Positions 1 through 12,384 of a stretch of 64,000 nt of DNA are shown here, in pieces. The first letter of the stretch is position 1, and each line of letters begins with the position of its first letter. The position numbers and the translations under genes are program-made. The stretch is from Eledone cirrhosa (lineage: Eukaryota): contig OZ024742.1 in NCBI GenBank assembly GCA_964016885.1, forward strand, positions 117,428,001 to 117,492,000, read 5' to 3'. Under the pieces are notes generated by a model. It saw only the letters and a list, made by a program, of their open reading frames with translations, had not been told where the DNA came from and ran no database searches.

Positions 1-1857
1 GTATTATACCAACCATTCCAAGCAAACAAGGTTTCTGTAACATTTCCACTCTACGATTCAATTCTAGTTTTTCTAACAATTTATCTAATTGACTACTGGA
101 GTCACTTCCACCTTTTTCATTTTCCACATTCTTGAAATTTCATATTTCAGATTGCCATAATTAGTTCACTTTTCTTCTTCTTTGTCTTCTATGTGAGTAT
201 CAAATGGACATGATAGATCAACTGACATCTTTTTAACTTTTCGATTACACTGATGTTTGGTCTATTATGATCCAGTCATTTATTGGTTTTTATGGGTAAA
301 TCCTGTAAAACATTGCAGTCTTCCGACTCCAATATTTTCTCCTGTTGATGCATGTACCATTTGTCTGCCTTGTCAAATCACCACTTCTCACACAGTTTCC
401 AGTGGATTAATTTGGCCATATTATTATGTATCACCTTCTTATATTCGTTTCAAGCTAGTTTCGGACATTCTGAGATAATATGAGCCACTGTTTCAACTGC
501 ACCATCACACAATCAACACAGAAGAGATACGTCTTCTCCATACACTGCTTTTCTGATGTTATTCATGCAAATTGCCTGATCTTTTGCTGCAATTATTGTG
601 CTCTCTGTTTCCTTTTCAAATACCCCTTTATTAGCCAATCCTACGATTTCATTCCTTTCACTTCATCTGTTGCTTTTCTGAACTGTCTGTGTAGTGTCTT
701 GCCCTCATATTCAGTTTCATGTTCATTCTGTACCTCTTCTTTACTTTTGTCACCAGTGTTAGTTTCAAACAAATCTGCTCCACCCTCTTCCCTCAGTAAC
801 TTCTCTCGATGCACATAAATATTGTTCTAACACAATCTTAAACCTTGGACTCCATTTGCTCTTTTCATATATAATTAGTCCACATCTGCTTTTGAGTGAT
901 ATGTGCTCCATAAATCCTCAGCAGCTTCCTTGTTTTGTGATCCAACTCTGCTTTCATCCAACTATGATGCCAGCACCATATCTAATGATATACAATGTTC
1001 TTGAATTGATAGCTGAAATACAGTCGAGTTTTGATTTAAATATTGTCCTCAATCATCATACATATTCTTTGTTTACATGATCTTCATCTCCTCCTGTTTT
1101 ATACCATCCACTTCCAATATTATAAGATATCTATATCCACTTCCTTCTTCAATGCATTTCATCATGTTACTAATCATATTTCCTTCCTTCTGAACAACTT
1201 TCCTATCTTCCTAACCAGCACAGCACATTTTGACAATCCAAATTCCATTTTGATATCGCCTGCAAATATCCTAATGGCATTTACCAAGCTTCTATTTGAT
1301 CTTCATTTTTTGCAAACAATTTAAGATCATCCAAGAAGAGATGATGATTTTCCCTATCTCCTCCAGTTCATAAGATATCTTTGTCTTTCTCAACATCAAT
1401 GTCTGTGAAATCATCCCTACCACAAACAACAATGGTGACAAACTATCTCCTTGGAATATTCCCACGTCTTATCTTAACATTTCCTAACTTTCCATTACCA
1501 GCAACTAGTTGAGTTTTCCAGTTTCATGTTCTCCTTAATGAACTGTCTCATATTTATTGCCACTCCAAAAATTTCCATTGATCCTTCAATCCAACTTTGA
1601 GCCACCATATCATACACCTTGCAACTCCCAATGATGTTAATCTCCTCTTACAATTCTTCGCTATCATTTTCTTGATCACTAATTGATCCCTGGTGCCTTT
1701 ATATCTTTTTTGCATCCTTTCTGCAATGAGTTTGTCTACTACAAATTTCTGTACAATTCTTCAGTTATTAAACCTGTTAATAGTTTCTATAACAGAGGTA
1801 GATAAGTGATCAGTCTAAAATTGGACACCATGTTCTTCTTTCCTCTTTCCTTCACAC
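1..1857 (-). mobile_element. Decayed R4/Dong-like non-LTR retrotransposon (RT + CCHC knuckle + restriction-like endonuclease region)
   Basis: The minus strand gives GIFQGDSLSPLLFV near 1430-1465. At 380-610 it gives STIIAAKDQAI...C*LCDGAVETVAHIISECPKLA...IHWKLCEK, the usual RLE-clade C-terminus. Many stops and frameshifts. Confidence 0.8.
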
Positions 1858-2030
1858 ATGCTTTGCGGAATACAGTTACGGCCCTTTATGTTCTGAGTTT
1901 AAATCCCACTGAAGTCAGCTTTGCATTTCATTCTTACAGGGTCAACAAAATAAAGTACCAGTAATGCACATTTAATTGACTTTCCCTTCCCCAAAGATTG
2001 TTGGCCCTGTGCCTAAATCAGAAACCAATA
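1858..2030 (+). mobile_element. SINE family A, 5'-truncated copy
   Basis: Body TTCTGAGTTTAAATCCC...CTTTGC.TTTCAT.CTTACAGGGTC.A.AAAATAAAGTACCAGTAATGCAC, repeated more than 10 times in the window. Confidence 0.85.
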
Positions 2031-2088
2031 TTTAATATTTGATAAGATTGATATACTAATAGAAACTAAGAAAAAAGAAAGAAAAAGG

Positions 2089-2300
2089 GTGGTGGATTGG
2101 CAGAATCGGTGGAGAGGCGGACACCATGCTTTGCAACATAGAGTTACGGTTCTTTACAGTCTGAGTTTAAATCCCGCCGGGGTTAACTTTGCCTTTTATC
2201 TTTACAGGGTTGATAAAATAAAGCACCAGTAATGTACTGACTTTCTCCTCCTCAAATATTGATGGCCTTGGGCCTATAGTAGAAATCATTATTATTATTA
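2089..2300 (+). mobile_element. SINE family A (tRNA-derived), full length
   Basis: A-box-like TGGCAGAATCGG and B-box-like GAGTTTAAATCCC, family body, (ATT)n tail. Confidence 0.85.
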
Positions 2301-2639
2301 TTATCTCCACCCTATCACACATATGTACTAATACTATTACTCTCACTATTATTATCAGTAATACTACAAAATACTTTGTCCCCTACTACAGAAACACTTA
2401 ATGAAACCATCATCGACAAAGCTGATGAAAGCTCTTTTAACTACAGTGACAGTTTAGAAAGATAATGGAGAATTCTAGCAAACATTTCCCTAATTATCTC
2501 AAAACAACACCTCCATTGCCACCACTACTACCAACAGTAAAACTGCTTACACTCCAACAACCAAAATTAACACTACAGAGACCAGATCTACCACAGCAGC
2601 AGTAAAACCATCACTGACAATAATATCAACAATGTCAAC

Positions 2640-4755
2640 AACAATAATGATATTTTGAAGACTGGCTAACTTGCAGGAGTTGCAAAATCATTTGACTGGG
2701 AGTCTCTGGAAAATATACCTGCATTATCTGGAAGAGACCAGGAAAATCATCTACTCAGGTTGCAAGAGGACCACACTTTCCATACCATGACAACTCCTAA
2801 TTGTCATGCAAGCCATGATATACCGATGTCTGTCTGTTAAAAGCTAACATTTGGAAATGATACCTTATGGAAAAATTGAAAAATATCTGAATCCCAAATG
2901 CAGTGGCATTGATTCTGTAACATGAGCAAGTCAATATGGGTGTATGAGAGTCAATTTCCACATAGAAGATCATGAAAAAAGACATGTTACTGTCACATGT
3001 AAGATCGGGATATTTGTTCTTTTCCCCATGTATTTGTGCCAAAGAGTTGTAAAAGTAAATATTGTAAAACTAAAATGCCATCAGAGCTGGATTTCTGGTG
3101 GGTGGTGAGTTGTGTGGTTCTAGAGGATTAAGATACAGTTAGATATCAAAAAAGTCCTGAAAGGAAAACTGGACAGGAATCATATTGGAGATGCTAATTC
3201 AGGTAAAACAAGAAACTCTAATCCTGATATCCAATCTATTCTAATCAATTTACCAAATTGTCAAAAATTGCAGGTTGTAACTAAGGGGAGAAATATTTTA
3301 AGTTACTTGTGTAAAAACACAAACCACCTAAAGGTCATTTTCCCACAACAAACCTTGCACTGTTGTAACACCACAGTAGTAGCCTCAACAAAAACAGCCC
3401 ATCAGCAGCCCTGGCAGTATCAATAGAAAATTCAAACAAACCAAACCAAACCACAGCAGCAGCAGCAGGACTGAAACTGCCATTTCTACCTCTATTCCAA
3501 CGATCACCACCATCACAAACAAAAGAAACCCTCCCTGTCCCATAAGGCAACCAAAATACACAAGTGACCACACACCACCACACACCTCTACCTGCTACCA
3601 CAGATGTGGATATCCTACAAAGCAGTAGAGAAGACAAAGCGAGATAGAAATTTAGTTGGCCTAGACTGAAGATCAACAGATTGAACAGTGAAACAGAAAA
3701 CCCAACACTTGATATATCACAAATACAACTAAAACAAAACCAACTATCACCAATACAATCACAAGCACAAAAGAAAACAAAAGAAAAAAAAAACAAATAC
3801 AAGAACAAAATGAGCTGAGACACAAGCAACAAACATGTACACCAACACAAACCTCTTACATCAACTTCATTATCATTTGAAAGAGCAGCATTGAATTGAT
3901 GGAGGAGGGTATTAACAGTAATAGAATAATTATGGAAGGAGAGGGCTTCAAATAATTCTTCTCCAAAACTCTGCCAAACTAACTACTAGTCCAAACAGAC
4001 TCCATCTCACAGAAAACCCTGAAATATAATTTTCCATGTGATATAGTGCCTTTCCAAATTTATTAAAATTGAAAGACCATAGAGAGGTCCTTTATAGAAC
4101 CTTACTCAAACAGTGAAAAGACTGGATCAACTGGAGGTTTCCTCTACCAAACATGGCTCCGATTAGAGCGGGAAGTGTAAATGTGTATGGCTTATAATTG
4201 GCTTGGGAGCAAGATCACTTACTCATTGATCTTACATCATTAGATGTAGATGTGGTAGTAATCAGTGGGACAAAAGTTTGGGAATACGTTTGTTTGCACT
4301 TATTTTTAAGAACCATTAGATTATATTTAACTTGTGGCCTGTCAGGATCAAATGGTGGAGTAGTGGTGTTATTCTAGAAGGGCTTGAATCGCAACATACA
4401 GATGATCTTCCTGGAACAGGGTGATAAATTGATGCTGTTGGATGTAAAGGGCAGTGCTTTCAGACTAGTGTCTGTCTAAACTTCTTTGGGTGTCTAAAAG
4501 CCTTTCTGGGAACAGCTTGCTTTTGGAGAATTGGAATTGCATTTAGAAACACATTAGGATGGGCCCATTTAAAAAAGGGGTGAAACAGCTTTACAAGCCT
4601 GCTCAGACGTTTCCAACTGTCAGACAGGTGGTACCTACCAGATTTCACAAATGTGCCAGTGGGGACATGGTGTAACCACAGTGGGTCAGCCAGATCATAC
4701 ATAGATAGAATTTTTGTTAGGTTAACAGCATAGAGTGTTCACAATTTCAACTGGG
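2640..4755 (+). mobile_element. Decayed Tx1/L1-like element: ORF1 remnant plus APE endonuclease start of ORF2, 3'-truncated
   Basis: From 4153: MAPIRAGSVNVYGL, DVVVISGTK and ARSYIDRIFV match APE endonuclease motifs (S.NV.GL, D...QET, SRIDRI). Upstream is a low-complexity ORF1-like region. Confidence 0.6.
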
Positions 4756-4995
4756 TAAAAGATATATATATATACAATCTAAAATCACAAGTAAATACAT
4801 AACTGAGTGGCTTATATACTATATCACTTGTAGTAGTATCCTCAAATGGACATACTAATTTGCATATCATTAATTACCAACATGAGTGTTAATAATATGC
4901 AAATATGTATATCCAGTTCAAGATACTTCTATAAGTGGTTAGTGTATGAAAGCCTTTTGGTTATATATATTCTTGTGGTTGTTTAGACAATATAC

Positions 4996-5044
4996 ATAAC
5001 TTCTGATGAAGACCTAATTAGGTCTGAAAATCGATTAAAGGTGT
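4996..5044 (+). ncRNA. Type I minimal hammerhead ribozyme
   Basis: CTGATGA (5003-5009), stem II AGACCT-AATT-AGGTCT, GAAA, palindromic ATCGAT, TA, imperfect stem I. Confidence 0.75.
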
Positions 5045-5344
5045 TTATCATTGTTTTCAATTTACAGGGAAATACGTATATTTGTCAGGTTTACATAACT
5101 ATACACTATAAATCTGTAAATTTATATACACACAGTCTCAGTTACCTCTGTCCTGTATATATACATATATAACATCATACAATTTAGCTCCTTAGTGCAC
5201 ACCATAATATATATATTAATTAGCTACCAACACAAGTGATCTTAATAGGAAAATATGTATGTCCAATTTAGGATACTACTATAGGTGATAGGATATATAC
5301 TCCCCTGGGTTACGTATTTCCTTGTGATTGTTTAGATGATATAC

Positions 5345-5393
5345 ATACCTTCTGATGAAGGCCCAACTAGGTCTGAAAATCGATTAAAGGTAT
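5345..5393 (+). ncRNA. Type I minimal hammerhead ribozyme (second, tandem copy)
   Basis: Stem I ATACCTT/AAGGTAT is perfect; CTGATGA; stem II AGGCC/GGTCT; GAAA ATCGAT TA. Confidence 0.85.
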
Positions 5394-5550
5394 TTATCAT
5401 TCTTTTCAATATGCAGGGAAATATGTATATTTGGCATGTTTTGAAATAGCTATAAACTGAAAATGTGTAAATTTTTATAATTACAGTGTCAACTATGTCT
5501 ATTCTGTAAATATATAGATATAATTTTATCATACTTCAGCTGTGTATTGT

Positions 5551-5602
<52 letters not shown>

Positions 5603-5605
<3 letters not shown>

Positions 5606-5817
5606 AGTTAGTTCCACAACATATTAGCAAACCATCTTCAAGGACACGTGTTTCATCTAATGGATATTCAACGAGTTGAAAATCCATTAGGTTGAAACAG
5701 GTCACCTCGAAGATGGTTTACTATTATGTTGTGGAACTAACTTTATACCAAACTCATCCTATGGACTGAGTGCTCTACTTACTACAGATATAACTTCCCA
5801 GTGTTCAACCACACACT
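5603..5817 (+). mobile_element. Fold-back mini-element in (TA)n with 3' tail (Penelope pLTR-like)
   Basis: Inverted arms of about 70 bp span 5603-5746. The left arm has GAAA-CACGTG-TC on the minus strand. Bulged hairpin at 5752-5771. Confidence 0.65.
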
Positions 5818-5829
5818 ATATATATGTAT

Positions 5830-6520
5830 ATATAATTAGGATGTCAGAAAGAAGTTCTTACATAGTTTAATTTCTACAATGGTTTCAATACAAAACTTTT
5901 TTCAAACACAGAATTAGGCAAATGTAATCAAAATAATAGTATTAATGATAATAATTATAATAATAGAAACAAAAGGAATAGTGTATATACTCTACTAGTA
6001 GAGATACGGTTTCTAAAACGTCAACATGTCTTTTCCCACTGTACTTGCTTTTCTTTGATGCAGTTGTTTATTTTTGTGAAGATTTACAAACATTTTTAAC
6101 CCTTTAGCATTTATATTACTCTATATTTACTATTATATTTTCATGGTAAAGGCTTTACCTCACATAACTAACTCACATGATATCAAATCTGAGATTTTGA
6201 TATTATGTTGACAACAATACCTTAACATCAGTATAAGCGGCCAGTTACAACTGGTTTGACCAGAAAGAAGTGAGAGAATTTTGGCCGGATACGGCCAGTT
6301 TAAATGCTAAAGGGTTAAACGCTAACACTATTCCTCTTGTTTCTAATATTATATTTATTATCATTAATATATTTTGTTGTCATTACATTTGCCTAGTTTT
6401 GTGTCTGAAGAAAAGTTTTGTATCAAAACAATTGTAAGGATTAAAACATGTGATAACTTATTTCTGTTGCCTTAATTTGTTTTATATTGCTCTGTGTTAA
6501 AATTGCAACGTTTCTTCTAT
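5830..6520 (+). mobile_element. Old fold-back element interrupted by a MITE
   Basis: About 5835-5985 is inverted relative to about 6325-6485. Decayed core CTGAAGA...AAA CAATTG TA near 6405-6437. Confidence 0.55.
6100..6314. mobile_element. piggyBac-type MITE
   Basis: TTAA-CCCTTTAGCATTTA...TAAATGCTAAAGGG-TTAA: terminal inverted repeats plus TTAA target duplication; 5 copies in the window. Confidence 0.9.
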
Positions 6521-6919
6521 CCTATAAGAGTCTCTTCATTATATTTTTTTCTGTATAAACACATTGACCTTAAATATTCTGAATCGCAATTTCTCTTCAA
6601 GTAACTCTATATTTTTTCTTGTATATTATTGTTTTTTAAATAAATAGGAAAGAAAAACTATATACACATGTGTGTGCATATATATGTCTATGTATGTATA
6701 TATATATATATATATATAACTGTAATGAGCCAGACAATTAGATTTCGTGCAAGATCGTCGTTTATGAGTGTGTATGAAAGATATACGATATGTTTATGGA
6801 AATAATCACATGGAAGCCTTGATATGAAAGAAAAAGTTTTTTTTTTTGTAGCCAACAAGAATGCCAAAGAGCTGTTTTGAGATTCGTTTATCTCACATCA
6901 GGGACATCATTTGAAACTA

Positions 6920-8015
6920 GAAATAGTTTTAGGATTCCAGCTCTAGCCACTAAAACTTCCAGAATCTTCTTGCATATCTTTCTTGTAATTATTTTGGCCT
7001 CTCCCTATAGCTTAACTGTCTCAATGGGTCAATCATAGCGGTTTAGTGTTGTTGGATTGCTTGTACTTCTCCAGTGAACACTATAAGATGACCATAGTTT
7101 AGAGCAATAGTCAAGAGAGCTGAGCACAAACATTCTCCACTGGGCCAGGTTTCCTAGTCCCATGTTCTGAATGTACTCAGAATCCACCCAACCTGCCATC
7201 TGCACATTGCTGCCATCTTGATAATATATCTCATAAAATGAAGATTTATTGCTCATATCAATTCCCATGTAACATACTGACTTTAATTATGAGTTGCATT
7301 CCCTCCTGGTTTAGAATACTACTGTGTTAGTATTAGTGAAGGGCTTGACATTTCCCTGCAATAAATAGCATGTTGTTTTCTTCAACCCATTTATACATTA
7401 CATTTAAGTTTCCCTACATGAAAGTAGCACACAAGAATTCTTAATTACTGGTTCTACTTTTGTATTATCTACATAGGTAGTGAGGGCATGTCTGAGTAAG
7501 AGTCACCAGAAACATTAGTTCCTTGAATGACTTCACTCTCTATTAATATTTCTTTTGAGAATAGCATAGCTTCTCTCTACATATTGTGACACTGTGACAT
7601 ATCATTACATGATCTATATTATCAAAGTCCTTTGCAAAATCAAGTTATATATCATATCCACAATTGAGCAATTTAGCATAAATCTGTAAAATCTGTAAAA
7701 TCTGTGTAAGGCAGCTTCTACCTGAACAAAAGGCATGCTGGATGTCAGTTAGAAAGTCATTCCCTCTAGGAACATGGTCAGTTTCCTGCTGATAATTCCT
7801 TCAATGATTTTGCTGATATGTGAGGTCATAAAAACAGATCTGTAATTTTCAGCATCTGCTCCTCTTTCTCAGGTGTTTACCATTTATAAAGAAGCTTAGA
7901 CAGTAGTACAGTAGTTTTCCTTAGGCTTGCTTGCATGTTTTAAGGGGATTGCTGGGAACCTGTCAGGGCCAGTAGCTTAGTTTAGGCTCATTTCATCTCT
8001 TCATGCTTGTATGAT
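6920..8015 (-). mobile_element. Decayed CR1/L2-like LINE RT fragment
   Basis: Minus-strand GPDRFPAI, LDFAKDFD, FVLSSLDYCSKLWS and LRQLSYRER motifs. Confidence 0.7.
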
Positions 8016-8019
8016 GTTA

Positions 8020-8900
8020 CCTCCCTTGTTGATGTGAAGTTGTCTGAATGTAGTTTAATAGGCTGTCTATGGGAATTCTACTTGGTTTGTCTGTTGGAAA
8101 GCATATAATCTTTTCATTTCTTGTATGCTGAATGAGCTTTTGTAGGTCATTTGCAGATTTATCACCAAATTGTTGAGTCTCCATCCTGGTTTTTCTCCTT
8201 TTATGTTGGCTGATTTTTGTTCCAGCTATTGTAAATTGTGCTTTATTGTTATCATCCGCACAAAGATTTTTTTTGTTAAATAGTAATTTTGCTAGATAAA
8301 TACAGTACAAGTCATAGGATTATGGGATGGGTTGAAGAATAAAATATTTAAGCAGCTATTAATTTCTCTGCTGCTTATCTCATGGGAGATGTTGTTTTGC
8401 ATTCATTGGCATTGTTGGTATTGTTGTTGTCATTGTAGGGGAAGGCTGTTGTTACGTTATGGAAAGTATTGTTCTTCATGTTGTTGTTAATATAGGTTGT
8501 ATTGTTCTTGTCATTTATGTTGTTGTTATAGAAAGTGGTGTTATTATTTGTGTTATTATTATTATTGCCATTACTACTATTGCCATTGTTGTTATTTTTA
8601 TTCCTTAGTCTCCATTTACATTTTGCAAAAGATTTTTCTATCTCAGTTAGGCATTTTATTGTATTTAACGTTTTGATATGTTGCATATTTTGATGGTAAC
8701 TTGAGAACAGATATTTCTTCTGGACTTATTTGAGTTCTGTCATATATGTTGGTTTGGTTTTCTATGCGGAATTCTGCTATCAGTGGGACATCCGCCATAT
8801 TTATTCCATCAATAGCATTTTTCTTTCATCGTTTCTTGTTCATGTTTTCTTTGTTTTAACAATGTTATTTTTTTGTTGAAATGTCTGTTGCATCTCTGTA
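8020..8900 (-). mobile_element. Decayed retroelement ORF fragment, possibly Penelope-like pre-RT region
   Basis: LTEIEKSFAKCKWRLR and IICFPTDK segments around an (AAC/AAT)n Asn-rich insert; weak recognition only. Confidence 0.35.
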
Positions 8901-10356
8901 TGATATAATTGTATAAATTTTATAAATGCTTCTTTTTTTCTTCTGATGGAAGAGTTTTGACAACTAAATAACTATCCACTTACTAAACTAACTAAAAAAT
9001 TGATTAGTTACCTGATTAATAATAAAACAAAAATGCAAGTCAACTGGTGCATGTGTTTTTATTGGCAGCATGGCTCTCCAAAATATAACAGTATCTCTTT
9101 CAACATATATTTTCACATTAAGAACTTTTCAAAATAAATACAAGTACAGTAAGTTTTAGCTAAACTAGCAAGATGTTGAAAAACACAGTTCTATTGTCAA
9201 AAAAAAAGCATAGCAACTCAACAAACTAACTTTATGAAAAAATGTGTCTCCTCTGGAGTTTACCAACACCATTAACTCCAACTCACTAAAAGCCAAGCCG
9301 AATAACTGAAATGAACATTACTTCAAAAGACACATAATAAAATCTACTGAGAACTAAACCAGTAGGAAAAACATAGATGCATCTTACTGTTTGAGGTAAA
9401 TAAGATCACTACATCAACAGAAAAAATGGCATTCATAAAAATTACACAAGAATACAACTACTAACAATACGGCCACACACTATTTAGATTGGTACTTTAT
9501 TTTATCAATCTCAATATGTTGAAAGATAACGATGCTGATAACCTGCTGCCTATATGCAATGAAGTTTGCTCGGGCCAGACTTTGTGAAATGATACCAAAC
9601 CAGGGTAAAGAAAAGCAGCTGACAAAGTTAATTTGAAATCCTTTCATCAGAACCTTAAAAAGATTTTTGGTCTTATTTCAAAAGGTTTATCTCCAGTCCT
9701 TTCTCTAAACAATGAATTATTAACTGACAAGTGTGATATAATGAAATGGCAGGCTGAACGGTTCTCAAGTGTTCTCAATAGAGACTCAAACATTATATGG
9801 ATACTATTAACAATAATTTGCAGCAGCCTGTATTGCAATACCTGTCAAACAATCCTCTTTCAGAAATTAAAACTGCCATCAGACAATTGTCCAATGGCCA
9901 AACTCCATCTGATGATAGTCTCGCAGCTGAAGTATACAAGCATAGGGATCAAACTTTGGTGATAAAACTCTTGAGTTATTAACATGTGTATGGGAGAGAG
10001 ATTCTGTACCATGGCAGTTTAAAGATGTTTCACTTATATGCATTTACAAAAACAAGGGTAATAGATGTGTTTGTGACAGCCATAGATGAATATCTCTTTG
10101 GCGGTGTAGGAAATATACTTGATCAAGTTATCCTGAACTGCCTAAATTTTTCACTGGCAAAATCTATGATACCTGAGGCATAGATTGGAATGAGGCACTG
10201 TTGATACAGTGTTTCCTCTGCAGGAAAAAATCTATGGAATATGGAAGGGAAATTTTTATCACCTTCATTGACCTTACCAAGGCATTTGATACTGTCATGT
10301 GATGCCTTGTGGATTGTCCTTCAAAAACTCGGTATACCAAAGAAAATGCTTAAACA

Positions 10357-10547
10357 TCATAATTGTTTCTACTTTAGGCACAAGGCCAGCAATTACCCAG
10401 TGCATTACTGGTACTTTATTTTATCGACCCCGTAAGGATGAAAGGCAAAGTCAACCTCGGCGGGATTTGAACTCAGATCGTAAAGGGACGTAACTATGCT
10501 GGAAAGCATGGCGTCCGACCCTCTACCGATACTGCCAATCCACCACC
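10357..10547 (-). mobile_element. SINE family A, full length
   Basis: Reverse complement of the family consensus, inserted in the RTE. Confidence 0.9.
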
Positions 10548-10765
10548 TAATGTCCTTCCATTATGGAATGAAAGCATTTGTTAACTCTGATGGTGACTGC
10601 TTAGAGACTTTTGATGTAACCGATGGGACCAAACAAGAATGTGTTTTAGCTCCTCTTCACTTTGTTTCTATCAGTGATGCTGGAGCAGGCTTTTCAAAAT
10701 ATTAATGAGGGAGTTTCTTTTGAGTTTTGAACAAAAGGAATTCTCTACAACCAGCAACAGTTTAA

Positions 10766-10951
10766 CCCTTTAGCATTTAAACCGGCTATATCCAGCCAGA
10801 ATTCTCTCACCTCTTTCTGTTCTGGCTTTAACCGACCGCTCATACTGATGTTAAGGTATTGTTCTGAAAATAAATGATATCAAATAATTATGTGAGGTAA
10901 AGCCTTTACCATGAAAATACAATAGTATATATATAGAGTAATACTAAAGGG
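10766..10951. mobile_element. piggyBac-type MITE
   Basis: TTAA-CCCTTTAG...CTAAAGGG-TTAA; splits the RTE reading frame at TTAA. Confidence 0.9.
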
Positions 10952-11875
10952 TTAAAGCAAAAACAAAGACTTTGTCCAAGTAGCCCATGATCTTCTGATT
11001 GAAGATGATCATGCTTTTGTGGCCCATAACTTGATAGACATGCAAACTATTCTGAATGTTTTTGCAGATGCATGTAAAGCCTTACAATCAGCATAAAAAA
11101 GTCTGAGCTCCTTTATTAGCCTATCCCCAAGCAACTGCCACCTGCTCTACCAACAGTTTTTGGGCATGGCAAACAACTTAAGACAACTGATATTTTCACC
11201 TATCTTGGCTCAGTCAGAACTAGTGATGCAAAAATGGAAGTAAAGAAACAAAGTGAAAAGGTCAGCTCTATGTTTGGTAAATTGCATCACAGGATATGAA
11301 ATTGTAGTGATGTGTCTTTGAGGGTGAAGGTTGAAGTTTATAAAGCTATTGTGCTCACCACACTTCTTTACGGTGCTGAGGCATGGACCATGTATGGCAA
11401 ACACATTATTTCACATGCGATGTTTATGAAGAATCTGTAGCATGAATTGGTCTGGCAGGGTCAGAAACAGTGAGGCCCTTAAACACTGCAGTATCACTGG
11501 TATGGAGGCAATCTTAAACAAAATAAACCTGAGATGAGCTGGCCACCTGCTGAGAATGAATGAATCACTTTTGCCAGAGCTGCTCTTTTTTTGTAAATTA
11601 ATAAATGCAAAAGACCAAGCAGGTCGCCCCCTCCTCAAGCTGAAGGACTACATAAAGCATTATGGTGTGCATATTGAATCATGGGAGAGAAAGACTGTGG
11701 ATTGTCATGGATGGAGGTCAACTTGCTTCAGCATGATTGCAGATTGTGAGGTCAGCAGATGGGAGTATCAGGATTGGTTACATGTGGACCTAAAATTATG
11801 TCTCAGGAAGAGGGATAGGGTTTCAGGGTGCACATAATGCATAATCATTTCAGGACTCTCATCTGTTGTCCTCTG

Positions 11876-12076
11876 TGGTAATTTTGCCAATTTTGGCAAT
11901 AATAACTATCTCTACTTTAGGCACAAGGCCAGCAATTACCCAGTGCATTACTGGTACTTTATTTTATCGACCCCGTAAGGGTCGATAAAATAAAGTACCA
12001 GTAATGCATTGGGTAATTGCTGGCCTTGTGCCTAAAGTAGAGACAGTTATTATTGCCACAATTGGCAAAATTACCA
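11876..12076. repeat. Near-perfect palindrome made of a SINE A 3' half plus flank
   Basis: 98-bp arms 11876-11973 and 11979-12076 with a 5-nt loop CGTAA. Confidence 0.9.
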
Positions 12077-12384
12077 TACCCAAATATAACAATATATATA
12101 TATATATTTCTTCAATAATAACACATGCCACATTCGATTTTCACTTCAGCTTTATACTTAGTAGTTAGTTATTTGGTCAAAGCTCTTTCATCACACGTTC
12201 TGCAATCTCTTCAATGACATTTGTTCTTCTCTATGCCTCCTCTAACTAACAACTAATAATAAAGCTAAAAGAAAAATCAAATAATATGTGTGTTTTTATT
12301 GGCCAATTGACCATGCGCAAATATAAAAATATCTGTTTCAACATGCGATTTCACATCTTGCAAATGAAATACATAAACATATAT

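Larger units (their letters stand above)
9590..11830 (+). mobile_element. Decayed RTE (BovB-like) LINE, interrupted by a SINE A and a MITE
   Basis: EIKTAIRQLSNG, FIDLTKAFD, FDVTDGTKQECVLAP and LLYGAEAWT fragments in order. Confidence 0.85.

Noticed and set aside
3335-3850. 171-aa minus-strand ORF
   Set aside because: Antisense to the A/C-rich low-complexity part of the Tx1-like remnant; no domain recognised.
6861-6908. Hammerhead relic on the minus strand (CTGATGT-GAGAT/ATCTC-AAAA)
   Set aside because: Two core substitutions and no clear stem I; at most a dead copy.
12175-12225. Hammerhead relic on the minus strand (TTGAAGA...GAAA GAGC TT)
   Set aside because: Core C mutated and weak stems; not called.
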